Assembly (NCBI GenBank): GCA_963754315.1
Contig: CAVWFS010000013.1
Span: forward strand, 96,001-160,000
DNA from: an uncultured Candidatus Rokubacteria bacterium
GTDB lineage: Bacteria; Methylomirabilota; Methylomirabilia; Rokubacteriales; CSP1-6
Reading direction: 5' to 3'
DNA: 64,000 nt
This document shows positions 12,028-22,022 of this stretch, piece after piece; positions within the stretch are counted from its first letter, which is position 1, and the number at the start of each line of letters is the position of its first letter. Below the pieces are notes generated by a model that was not told where the DNA came from, searched no databases, and saw nothing but the letters and a program-made list of their open reading frames with translations. Both the position numbers and the translations under genes were made by a program.

Positions 12028-13302
12028 TCAGCCGCAGAGCCGGTACGTCGCGTAGGCGATGGCCCGGGCGGCCGTGACCAGATCCGAGAGCTTCACCCGC
12101 TCGTCGGGTGTCGGCCATTCCTTGTAAGTCCGGATGTCGCCCGCCCCGTATTGTAGAGACGGGATGCCCGCGGCGTTGATGATGTTGCCATCGCCCACGT
12201 TGCCCAGACGCCCCCACCCGCCCACCATCGGCTTCCTGGCCCGAGGCCAGGCGGTGGCCCTCGGCCAGCGCCGTCACCAGCGGATGATCGCGCGCGATCT
12301 CCATGGGCTCCTGGCACCAGCCTTCCTCGGTGCCCGGGGCGGGGACGGTGACCTCGCAATCAAGCGTGGGCGACTCCTTCTTGATCGACTCCAGGAGTCG
12401 GGAAGATCAGCGCGCACGCTGTCCAACGTCTGCCCCGGAACCGTCCGGATCTGGAAGATCATCTCGCACTCGCGGCTCGACATGCCGGTGTAGTTCGGCT
12501 GGTAGTAGTGCTCCTTGTGGATCGTGTCGAAGGTGTGTGTGGGAAAGCCGGGCAGGTCCGGATGCGGCGTGAAGCTGAGCCAGCCGCCGGGCGGGATGGG
12601 GTCGAGGCTCGGCCCGATGCGTCGCATGATGCGGCTCTGCTGCTCGATCGGATTCTCGTAGGCCGCCTTGGCCTCGGGACTGTAGCGGAAGAACAGCTCG
12701 GGACTCCGCGTGCGGATGCGGACCATGACGATGCCCACGCACACGTTGGCGATGGTCAGCGCGGAATGTTCCATGTTGATGGCCATGTCCGCCCGCACGC
12801 CGTGCTTGAGCAGGGCACGGGTGCCGGCGCCGCCGAGCTTGTGGGCAACCACCGGGCACACCAGCACGTCGCCCCGGAGCCGCACACCAGCCTTGACGAT
12901 GGCCTCCACGCCGCAGATGGCGGCCACCACCCCGCCCTTGTCGTCGTGGGCCCCCATCCCCCAGACCCAGCCGTCCTCGAACTTGGCGCCGTACGGATCG
13001 ACGGACCAGCCGCTCATCTCGACACCAGGATCCATGTGGCCGTTGAGCATGAGGGTCGGTCCACCCCCGCTGCCGCGCAATCGCCCGATCGGCTGGCGCG
13101 TGCGCTGGCCTGGCTTGCCCGGGTGCGTGACCTCCATCATCTCGACCTCGAGACCCATCTCCGACATGTAGTTCGCCAGATGATCCGCGAGCGGACCTTC
13201 CTGGAACGTGCTGCTTGGAATGCGGATCGCCGCCTGCTCGAGGGCAAGGACCTGGCGGTCGCTGATCCCGTCGGCGATCGCTGGCCAGGCGCTGTCAGTC
13301 AT
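12028..13302 (-). CDS. M20/ArgE-DapE family hydrolase with atypical active site (frameshifts near the C-terminus)
   Basis: LMLNGHMD, WSVDPYG, GMGAHDDKGG, IPSLQYGAG, DERV. Confidence 0.85.
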
Positions 13303-13315
13303 GATCGCGCCCCAG

Positions 13316-13714
13316 CTAGGCGAGCGCGGCGACACCCGCGTTGGCGACCTGCTCATCCTGGTGCGACTGCACTCCCGACACGCCGATGGCGCCCACGCAG
13401 TCACCCTGGTGCATGATGGGCACGCCGCCCTGGATGGGCAGGTTCTCCGGGAACTTGAGGAAGACCGGGCGGTCCTTCACCATGTCCTCCCATGCCTTCG
13501 TCGGACGACGGGTGACGGCGGCGGTGCGCGCCTTGCTCGCGGCCACCTCGGCCGTCATGGGTCCGGCACCGTCCAGACGCTCGAGGTGCAGGAGGAAGCC
13601 GGCGTCGTCCACCACGGCGATGGTCACGTTCCACTTGTTCTTGGCGGCCTCGTCGCGGCAGGCGGCCATCATCTTGTGCACGTCGGCAGCAGTGAGCGCG
13701 GGCTTGTTGCGCAT
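13316..13714 (-). CDS. GlcG/HbpS heme-binding protein
   Basis: VTIAVVDDAG..LERLDGA..KARTA..GGVPI..GAIGVSG. Confidence 0.9.
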   Translation of the reverse strand: MRNKPALTAADVHKMMAACRDEAAKNKWNVTIAVVDDAGFLLHLERLDGAGPMTAEVAASKARTAAVTRRPTKAWEDMVKDRPVFLKFPENLPIQGGVPIMHQGDCVGAIGVSGVQSHQDEQVANAGVAALA

Positions 13715-13850
13715 GGATCGTCCTCCCGGGTTCGCGTGAGATCGTTAGCCCGAGGCGCCGGCCCTCCGGCGCCCGGACCCAAACATGCTATCGCGAGTCG
13801 CCGAAACGCGCGACGCCCTTCGCGCGCGGCAGAAATCCGATCCCGGCGGC

Positions 13851-14276
13851 CTACGACGGCCGGACGGCGATTCCGAGCCGCAGGGCGTTGCGGCGCACCC
13901 GCACGTCCAGTGCGGCCATCTCGACCTCGGGGGTGACAGCCCGAACGGCGAGCGCACTCGCCAGATGAATGGCATCCAGCGCGCGGACAGGCTCCTCTGG
14001 AAACGGCGCTGCCGCTCGCTCGACCAGCTCGGCCGCGATGTCGATCATGGTCCACTCGGCCGAGGCTCGACGCGAACGCCCTAGGAGGTGCTCGGTATCG
14101 GATGGGGTTCGCTGGCGCGTAGCCTCGAGTCGTACAATTGCGCGAAGGCACTCGAGGCGGGTGAGGCGCGAGGCAACGACACCGTCAGCCTCCTCCAGCG
14201 TGTGCCGGACCTCCTCGCCCCGTGGTTCTCCGAGTAGCCAACCGAGGACGGCGCTGGACTCCGCATAGATGATCGA
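13851..14276 (-). CDS. VapC-like PIN toxin (start codon reads TCG; see findings)
   Basis: Open frame IIYAESSAVLGWLLGEP...SRLTRLEC...VRALDAIHLASA...LDVRVRRNA. Confidence 0.8.
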   Translation of the reverse strand, partial: SIIYAESSAVLGWLLGEPRGEEVRHTLEEADGVVASRLTRLECLRAIVRLEATRQRTPSDTEHLLGRSRRASAEWTMIDIAAELVERAAAPFPEEPVRALDAIHLASALAVRAVTPEVEMAALDVRVRRNALRLGIAVRPS

Positions 14277-14562
14277 CGATCGTTGCGCAGCTCGTCGATC
14301 AAGCGCTGGCTGGTTCCCGCCGGACTACGCAAGCCCGTCCGCGGGTACGAGCCGGGCTGCTTCCGTCGACCGGGCACCGCGATACCCCGCGCTACGAGCG
14401 CCTGCAGCCCGGCCAGTTCGCGGGGCAGCTCGGTCATGGCGGGGGGGCCGAGGGCGGCGATGACCCGTCCGTGCTCGGTGACAAGCACGACGCCGCCGGT
14501 CTTGGCGACCCGGAGGTAATGCGAGAGCTTGGCCTTGAGCTCGCGACCCCAACTGCTTGCAT
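14273..14562 (-). CDS. Phd/YefM antitoxin (one frameshift near the start; stop codon altered)
   Basis: MQAVGV(R)ELKAKLSHYLRVAKTGGVVLVTEHGRVIAAL...IDELRNDR. Confidence 0.8.
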
Positions 14563-14658
14563 AGCGCTATGAGACCACAGGTGACCACATTGCACAACGG
14601 CCCGCGGCTGGTACTCGGTCACGGTGAATCTTGACGCGCTGTCTGCTACGCTCCCCTC

Positions 14659-14883
14659 ATGGAGATCGACATCAAGCGCTGCTTCGTCTGACTCGACATC
14701 CGCCGCGAGGCCGGGAGCCTTCGCGACGAACTCGAGAAGAGCATAGGGGTCAGGCCCAAGATCCGGTGGGGCGGGTTCGGACAGCTCGACGTCCTGGTGG
14801 ACGGCAAGCTCGTGTTCTCGAAGAAGCAGGCCGGCCGGAGCCCGACGGCGGCCGAGATCATCCGACTCGTCAGATCGACGTGA
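14659..14883 (+). CDS. Rdx (SelT/SelW/SelH) family selenoprotein, 74 aa, Sec at TGA 14689-14691
   Basis: MEIDIKRCFV-U-LDIRREAGSLRDELEKSIGVRPKIRWGGFGQLDVLVDGKLVFSKKQAGRSPTAAEIIRLVRST*; CxxU plus the Rdx-type G-x-(F/L)-(D/E)-V-x-V-D-G-x-L-V-F-S-K motif. Confidence 0.85.
14692..14736 (+). promoter_or_regulatory. Candidate bacterial SECIS hairpin
   Basis: Lower stem CTCGA/TCGAG; upper stem CGCGAGGC/GCCT(T)CGCG with bulged U; loop CGGGA starting 20 nt after the UGA. Confidence 0.7.
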
Positions 14884-14921
14884 AGCTCGTCTGGTCGGCG
14901 GCCGCATGGAGGAGATGACGA

Positions 14922-15113
14922 ATGGACTTTCTCGCGACCACTGAGGCGGCCATCGCCGCCTGGCACGGCATCACCCCTCCCAACGATGCGGCGCGCCGTC
15001 TGGCCGCCGATCTGGCCTCCACCATCGCCGCCTTCGAGGCTGTGCGCGGCGGCCTGCGCTTCGAGGATGAGCCGTCGAGCTTCGAGGCGGCCCTTCAGGA
15101 GTGCAAGGAATGA
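14922..15113 (+). CDS. Small acidic protein, possible amidase partner subunit (GatC/AtzG-like position)
   Basis: 63 aa, SD GGAGGAG, ATGA overlap with the amidase, ends FEDEPSSF. Confidence 0.7.
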   Translation: MDFLATTEAAIAAWHGITPPNDAARRLAADLASTIAAFEAVRGGLRFEDEPSSFEAALQECKE

Positions 15114-16531
15114 AGGCGCTCGCCGATCTCGGCCTGGTCGAAGCCGCGGACGCGGTCAAACGGAAAGAGGTCACGTCGGCCGCCCTGCTGGAGGCCTGTC
15201 TCGCCCGCCTCGAGGCGGTGAACAAGACCGTGAACGCGACCATCTGGGTCGACCGCGATCACGCGCGGGCGGCGGCCGCCGCGGCCGATGCCGCCCTGGC
15301 CGCGGGGAAACCCGTGGGCCGTCTTCACGGCATCCCGCTCGCCCACAAGGACATGTACTACCAGGCCGGCCGGCCCTGCACGTGCGGCTCGGCCATCCGG
15401 CGCGACTTCGTGCCGGACATCACCTGCACGGTGGTGCAACGCCTGTCCGACGCCGGCGCCTACACCTTCGCCGGACTGAACATGGCGGAGTTCGCGCAGA
15501 ACCCGACCGGCCACAATCGCGCCTTCGGCGACTGTCACAACCCCTGGAACCCGCCCTACATCACCGGGGGTTCCTCGTCCGGGTCAGGGGCCGCCGTCGC
15601 CTCGGGTGTCACCTACGCCTCGCTCGGATCGGACACGGGCGGGTCCATACGCCTGCCCGCCTCAGCCTGCGGCGTGACCGGCATCAAGCCCACCCAGACC
15701 CGTATCTCGCGTTACGGCGTCATGCCGCTGTCGTTTTCCGCCGATAACGTCGGTCCCCTCACCCGCAGCGCGCGTGACTGTGCCCGCATCCTCTCGCTGA
15801 TCGCGGGCGCCGATCCAAACGATCCCACTTGCTCGAGGGAGCCCGTGCCCGACTACGAGGCTGCGCTGACGGGCGACCTGCGCGGCGTGCGAATCGGCGT
15901 GCCGACCAACGCGTTCACCAACATCGCTGAGCCACCCGTCATGGCCGGCTTGGAAGAGGCTTTGAAAGTACTGGAGGCTCGGGGAGCGACCATCGTGCGG
16001 CTGGAAGTGCCGCTCATGAAGGCCATCTCCGCCTACGTCGCGGTCATCTCGCGCGCGGAGGCGGCCGCCATTCACAGCCAGTGGATGCGCGAGCGCGCCG
16101 CCGACTACGCCGTGCATCTCTCCGCCCGTCTCTACGGAGGCTATGCCATTCCAGCCGCCTACTACGTCGAGGCGCTGGCGAAGCGCGGCCCCATTCTCAA
16201 GGCCTTCGCCGCCGAGGTGTTCAGCAAGGTCGACCTGCTGGCGACCCCGACCATTCCGACCTGCCTGCCGACGCTGGCCGAGACCGACATCGATCACGGC
16301 CCTCCCGGCACCGAGCAGAAGTTCATGGCGGTCTCCATCAACACGAGGCCGTTCAACTACCTTGGCTTGCCCGCGGCCAGTGCGCCCTGCGGCCTCGATC
16401 CGAACGGACTGCCCATCGGTCTGCAGATCGCCGGACGTCCCTTCGCCGAGGCGCGCGTCCTCAGGGCCATCGACGCCTACCAGCGCGACACCGACTGGCA
16501 CCGCCGACGCCCTCCGGTCGTCCCCGTGTGA
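15110..16531 (+). CDS. Amidase signature family enzyme
   Basis: AHKD, GGSSSGS, GSDTGGSIRLP. Confidence 0.93.
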   Translation: MKALADLGLVEAADAVKRKEVTSAALLEACLARLEAVNKTVNATIWVDRDHARAAAAAADAALAAGKPVGRLHGIPLAHKDMYYQAGRPCTCGSAIRRDFVPDITCTVVQRLSDAGAYTFAGLNMAEFAQNPTGHNRAFGDCHNPWNPPYITGGSSSGSGAAVASGVTYASLGSDTGGSIRLPASACGVTGIKPTQTRISRYGVMPLSFSADNVGPLTRSARDCARILSLIAGADPNDPTCSREPVPDYEAALTGDLRGVRIGVPTNAFTNIAEPPVMAGLEEALKVLEARGATIVRLEVPLMKAISAYVAVISRAEAAAIHSQWMRERAADYAVHLSARLYGGYAIPAAYYVEALAKRGPILKAFAAEVFSKVDLLATPTIPTCLPTLAETDIDHGPPGTEQKFMAVSINTRPFNYLGLPAASAPCGLDPNGLPIGLQIAGRPFAEARVLRAIDAYQRDTDWHRRRPPVVPV

Positions 16532-16577
16532 GCTGGCCAATGGTCCACGCGTTCACCCGAAACACGGAGCCCGGTTC

Positions 16578-18183
16578 GTGAACAACGCCGAGCTCACCGT
16601 CGCGACCTTGCGGGGCGCAGGCGTGAGCCACGGCTTTGGAATCCCCAGCGGCAATGTCCTGCCCCTGCTCGAAGCCATGCGAGCGGGCCAACTTCCATAC
16701 GTACTCACGGCGCACGAAGGCTCGGCGGCCTTCGCAGCCGATGTCATGGGCCGGCTCACCGGAGCACCTGGGCTGTGCATCGCGACCTTGGGTCCCGGCG
16801 CCACCAACCTCACGACCGGCGTGGGCAACGCCTACCTCGATCGCTCGCCACTCCTGGCCATCACGTGCAATCTTCCGACGCCGCAGATCGGTCGTCGTAT
16901 TCAGATGGCCATCGACCACCACGCGCTCTTCCGACCCATCACCAAGGCGACCTTGGCTCTGCGCGAGGGTCGGGTGGCATCGGTACTGACCGAGGCGCTG
17001 GAGATCGCCCTCAGCGAGCCCCTTGGGCCCGTGCACTTGGACCTTCCCGAGGACGTCGCGCTGGCCCCGGCCACCGAGGCCGTGCCCACGAGCCTTCCGA
17101 GACGCCGACCGATCGGTGCGGCCTCTGAGGCGTCTCTCCAGCGCGCGGCAGAAATCCTGGGGGCCGCTCGCCGGCCGGTAGCAGTGCTCGGCTCGTCGGC
17201 CATGCGCGTCAGGAATCCCGCGCTGCTGCGGGCGGTGATCGATCGTCACCAGCTTCCCTTCGCGTCGACCACCATGGCCAAGGGCATGATCGCCGAGGAT
17301 CATCCGCTGTCAGTCGGCTGCATCGAGCGAGCCCGGCGGCAGGTGCAGCGCGAGCTCCTGCGTGAGCGCCGATCTCGTGGTGGGCCTCGGCTACGACGTC
17401 GTGGAGGTGGAGTACGAGGCCTGGATCGGCCAGGTCCCACTCCTGTCGATCGACGTGGACCCCGTGGATGCGGATTCGAGCGTGACGATTGCCCACGAAG
17501 TGATCGGCGACCTCGACGCCTCGCTCGAGTGGATGGCACAGCTTTCGCCCATGCGACCCGAGTGGCCGGCCGACATGTCGGCGCAGCACCGGGCTCGCTT
17601 TCAGCGCTCGCTCCGCCCGTCGGTGGCTGGATTCGCACCGCACCATGCGATCGACGTGGTTCGCGAGGTGCTGCCGCGTGACGGCATCCTGGCCTTCGAC
17701 GTGGGAGCCCACACCCACCAGATCGCCTCTCAATGGACAGCGCACGAGCCCGGGACGTTCCTGATCACGAACGGCTGGTCGTCGATGGGTTTTGGTCTTC
17801 CCGCCGCCATCGCCGCCAAGCTGGCGCGGCCTGAGCGCGCCGTGGTTGCGGTGGTGGGCGACGGATGCTTCCAGATGACGGTGGGCGAAGTGGCGGTGGC
17901 CCGCCGCCTCGGATTGTCCTTACCCATCGTCGTGCTCGACGATGGCTGGCTCTCCCTGATCCAGGTCAAACAAGTCCGGCGTCGCTTCGGTCTCTACGGA
18001 ACCGACCTCGGAGAGCACGAGCATGCGGATCCGCCGGCGCACTACTTTGGCGTGCCCGCAGCCGCCGTCCGCTCCGCCGCCGAGCTCACTCAAGCACTGA
18101 AGGAGAGCCTGGTGGCCAACCACCCGACGGTGATCGAGGCCAAGGTCGACCCCAGCCACTACCTCGACACCATCTACGACTAG
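16578..18183 (+). CDS. Thiamine pyrophosphate-dependent enzyme, acetolactate synthase-like (frameshift near 17362)
   Basis: FGIPSG, AHEGSAAF, TLGPGATN, SSMGFGLPAAI, GDGCFQM. Confidence 0.9.
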
Positions 18184-18186
18184 CGG

Positions 18187-18939
18187 TCACTCCATCAGCA
18201 CCCCGCCGTCGACGTTGAAGCTTTCCCCGTATACGAAGCTGGCCGCGTCGGAGAGCAGGAACAGCACCGCGTTGGCGATCTCGTCGGGGCGGCCGAAGCG
18301 ACCGAGGGGAACGCGGCCGGCGACCATGGTGCGCTGCTCCGGCGTCAACGGCGCGTGCATGGGCGTGTCGCACGGCCCCGGATTGACACAGTTGATCCGC
18401 ACTCCGGTGCCGACCAGAGCCCGGGCGAAGCCCTTGGTCATGGTGACGACCGCGCCCTTGGTGGCGGCGTAGGGAATATTGGCGATCCGTCCGCCCCCTA
18501 CCTTGTAGCTATCGGAGCCGATCGTCACGATTCGCCCGTGCCGGCGCGGGAGCATCCGCTTGAGAGCGGCCTGCACCGTGAAGAAGGTGCCCTTGGCGTT
18601 CACCGCGAAGACGCGGTCCCACTCTTCGGAGGTCACCTCGAGCATCGGCAGGGTGGTAATGATGCCAGCGCAGGTGACGAGGCCGTCGATCCGCCCGAAC
18701 TCGCGTTCGGCCAGCGCGAAGACAGCGTCGATCTCGGAAAGCCTGGTCACGTCGGCGCGCAAGTGACGCACCTCGCCCTTTAGCTCGTCGGCGGTCGCCG
18801 CCAAGCGACCACCGTCAAAGTCTGACAGGACGAGCCGCGCGCCTTCCCGGTCGGCAGCCTGAGCGATGGCCCGTCCCATGCCGGAGGCGGCGCCAGTGAT
18901 CGCGATGATCTGATCGCGAAGGTTCAAGAAATCCGTCAT
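18187..18939 (-). CDS. SDR family oxidoreductase
   Basis: TGAASGMG, YAATK, INCVNPG. Confidence 0.92.
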   Translation of the reverse strand: MTDFLNLRDQIIAITGAASGMGRAIAQAADREGARLVLSDFDGGRLAATADELKGEVRHLRADVTRLSEIDAVFALAEREFGRIDGLVTCAGIITTLPMLEVTSEEWDRVFAVNAKGTFFTVQAALKRMLPRRHGRIVTIGSDSYKVGGGRIANIPYAATKGAVVTMTKGFARALVGTGVRINCVNPGPCDTPMHAPLTPEQRTMVAGRVPLGRFGRPDEIANAVLFLLSDAASFVYGESFNVDGGVLME

Positions 18940-19057
18940 GGCTTCACCCGATCTTCGGCTGGGATAAGGCGTCTAATCCTTCGCTTCATTTCGTGCGCCG
19001 TCAGGAGCAGATCGACTGCGTCGTAAGCGGCCCTTGAAGGTCGAAGAGAGCGATGGC

Positions 19058-20256
19058 TCAGAGGACTCCGTCGCGGCGGAGGGCGGCCAGCTCCGACTCG
19101 GCGAGGCCGAGGAGGCGGCCGTAGACCTCCGCGTTGTGCTCGCCGAGGAGAGGCGCACGCTTCACCTCGGTGGGCGAGGCCGAGAGGTGGATGGGGCTGC
19201 CGATCATCGTGATCCGGCCGCGCGTCGGGTGGTCCACGTCGACGAGCATGCCGCGGCTGCGCAGGTGGTCGTTCGACAGAACCTCCTCCGAGTCGAGCAC
19301 GGCCCCACATGGAACGCCGGCGCCGGCCAGCAGCTCCATGGCCTCGTGCTTCGTGCGCTTCTCTGTCCATCGCCTCGACGAGCGCCTCCAGCTCCTCGAC
19401 CTGCGCCACCCGCCCGCTCGATCCGCGAAGCGCGGGTCGTCGCCCAGCTCCGGCTGGCCGATGGCGCGCGTGAGCGCCTTCCACATGTCCGGGTTGGCCA
19501 CGTGGATGAAGACGTAGTCATTGGGGCCGAACGGACGACAGCGGTAGAGATTCGAGGGGGCCGCGCTCGGTGAGCGGTTTCCGCGCCGGGGAATGGGGTC
19601 GCACCCCGAGATGATGGTCGCGGAAGTGGATGCGCGTGAGATTGACGACGCAGTCCTGCTGGGCGACCTCGACGCGCTGCCCGACGCCAGTCGTCTGGCG
19701 CTGGACGATGGCGGCCAGAATTCCGATCGCGGTGTGCAGGCCAGCGCCGGTGTCGCCGAGACCGGCCTCGATGCGCGTTGGCGGTCCGTCCGGGCTGCCG
19801 GTCAGGCTCATGACTGCCGCCCATCGCCTGAGCGATCATCTCGAAGCTGTTATAGGACGGCGTAGATGCCCTCGCTGCCGAACCCCTTGACCGACGCCGA
19901 GATGATGCGCGGGTTGATTCGGGCCAGCGCCTCGTACCCGAACCCGAGACGCTCCATCGAGCCGGGGCCGAGGTTCTCGACCACGACGTCGGCCTTCTTG
20001 ACCATGTTCCCGAACATCGGCGGCCGCGCGCGGATTTGAGATTGAGCGTCACGCTCTGCTTGTTGGCGTTCAGCAGGCAGAAGAAGACCGAGTCCATGTC
20101 GGGCCGCTCACTGAGTCCACGGCGGGCAGCCTCGCCCGTCGGTGGCTCGATCTTGATGACCTCGGCGCCGAGCCAGGCCAGGGTCTCGGTGCAACTCGGG
20201 CCTGCTTCGTACTGGGTGAGGTCGAGAACGCGGATGCCGTCGAGCGCTTTCGCCAT
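19058..20256 (-). CDS. CaiB/BaiF (formyl-CoA transferase-like) CoA transferase (several frameshifts)
   Basis: LDGIRVLDLTQYEAGP, LNANKQSVTLNLK, GDTGAG, APLLGEHN. Confidence 0.88.
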
Positions 20257-20355
20257 CGGTCGCTCCTCGCTGGTCGTAAGCGCCTAACCGCTCGGCACGT
20301 CTGTGCGAATGTAGCATCAACGACCCCGGTCGATCCGGGAAGGAGGTGCTTCATC

Positions 20356-20394
20356 TTGACATCTGATGCTGTCGAATATAGCATCACAGCATCA
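20356..20394 (+). promoter_or_regulatory. Sigma-70 promoter with overlapping operator for a near-leaderless TA operon
   Basis: TTGACA-17-TAGCAT; inverted repeat TGATGCTGT/ATAGCATCA plus a further ACAGCATCA copy running into the ATG. Confidence 0.75.
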
Positions 20395-20631
20395 TGGCGA
20401 GAACCACGCTCGATATCGACACACCGATCCTGAAAGAGCTCAAGAAGCTGCAGAAGGAGCAGGGAGGGTCGCTGGGAAGATCGTGTCGCAGCTCCTGGCC
20501 GAGGCCCTGCTCGTCGGAAGACAGGCTCCGGCCCCGCCCGGCTGCTCTGGGTCTCGCGTCCCATGCACGCCCTGGTGGACCTGTCCGACAAGGAGGCCGT
20601 CTATGCGGTCCTCGACCGGCATGACGAGTGA
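20394..20631 (+). CDS. VapB-like antitoxin (frameshifted)
   Basis: MARTTLDIDTPILKELK...SLGKIVSQLLAEAL...VDLSDKEAVYAVLD; GTGA overlap with the toxin. Confidence 0.8.
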
Positions 20632-21064
20632 GCTACTCGGTCGACGTCAATATCCTCCTCTACGCGTCGGACACCTCCAGCCCCAGGCAGCCGGCGGCAG
20701 TGCACTTCCTCGAGCAACGCGGCTCGGATCCGGATCTCTTCTGCATCGCCTGGCCCACCCTGATGGCCTTTCTGCGCATCTCGACTCACCCGCGAATTTT
20801 CGCCCGTCCGCTCTCGCCCGGCGAGGCCCTCGGCAACGTCGAGTCCCTGCTTGCCTCTACCCCGCTTGCGCGTTCTCGCGGAAGACGACGGGTTCCTCGA
20901 AATCTACGAGGCAGGTGACCGCCCCCTTCACGGCCCGAGGCAATCAGGTCCCTGATGCCCACCTGGCGGCTCTCCTCCGCCAGCATGGCGTCAGGCGACT
21001 CTATACGGTCGATCGGGATTTCCGACGATTCGATTTTCTCGAGGTCATGGATCCCTTCGGCTAA
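20628..21064 (+). CDS. VapC PIN ribonuclease toxin (frameshift near 20870)
   Basis: VDVNILLYA, FLRISTHP, RGNQVPDAHLAALL, YTVDRDFRRF. Confidence 0.9.
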
Positions 21065-21191
21065 AAGCTGGTCCGCCGGCGCGCCGGCGAGGGCTGGTGT
21101 CATCACGAGCCGCGGGTCATGATACGTGACATGCCTGGGCGCCGAGTCGGCAGCGGCGGACGAGCGTGGCCACGCGGAAGGGAGGCTCTCC

Positions 21192-21948
21192 ATGCGGTGC
21201 GCCGGGACGGTGGCGCTGGTGACGGGCGGACAGCAGGGAATCGGGACGGGCCATCGCGCTGGCCCTCGCCCGCGAAGGGGCCGACGTCGTGCTCAACTAT
21301 CTCGACGATCCTGACGCGGCGGCGAGCATCGCCAAGGAGATCAGCGCGGCGGGACGCCGGTGCCTTCCCGTGCAGGGCGACGTTTCCCGCGCCAGCGATG
21401 TGGCCGCTCTCGTCGACGCGGCCGAGCGCGGGATGGGCCCCATCGACACGCTGATCAACAACGCGGGGACCTTTCCTCGTTCGGCGTTTCTCGACCTCAC
21501 CGAGGCCAGTGGGATCGCGTGCACGGCGTGAACCTCAAGGGCAGCTTTCTCGCCGCCCAGGCCGTGGCACGCCGGCTGGTCGCTCGCGGGTGCGCCGGGG
21601 GCGATCATCAACCTCGCCTCGTCGGCGGCCTACCGGAGCAGCCCGACGCGGCACCCACTACGTCGCCAGCAAGGCCGGCGTGGTCGGGCTGACGCGGGCC
21701 ATGGCGCTGGAGCTGGCGCCGCACGCGATCCGCGTCAATGCCATCGCCCCGGGCCTGACCGATACCGCGCAGCCACGCGACGGCCACAGCGAGATCGAGC
21801 TTCAGGCGATGGCGCGCCAGGTGCCGCTGGGGCGCATGGGGCAGCCGGACGACGTGGCGGCGGTGGCCGTCTTTCTGGCATCAGCCGACGCGCGAAGCAC
21901 ATCACCGGGCAGGTCATCCACGTCAACGGCGGAGCGTATCTGGGATGA
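21192..21948 (+). CDS. SDR family oxidoreductase (frameshifted)
   Basis: ALVTGGQQGIG, LINNAG, HYVASKAG, VNAIAPG, ITGQVIHVNGG. Confidence 0.88.
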
Positions 21949-22022
21949 TGGGGGGCCCCGCGCAACGTTCGGAGCACCCCGGCAGAGCCGGGAGACACGT
22001 CTCTCCTGACCGGAGCGGCCGC

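Noticed and set aside
18940..19057. Small ORF or gene remnant between the CoA transferase and the SDR
   Set aside because: No convincing start, motif or match elsewhere in the window.
21065..21190. Minus-strand HVTYHDP peptide as a relic of a CCG-domain gene
   Set aside because: The match is too short and has no supporting context.
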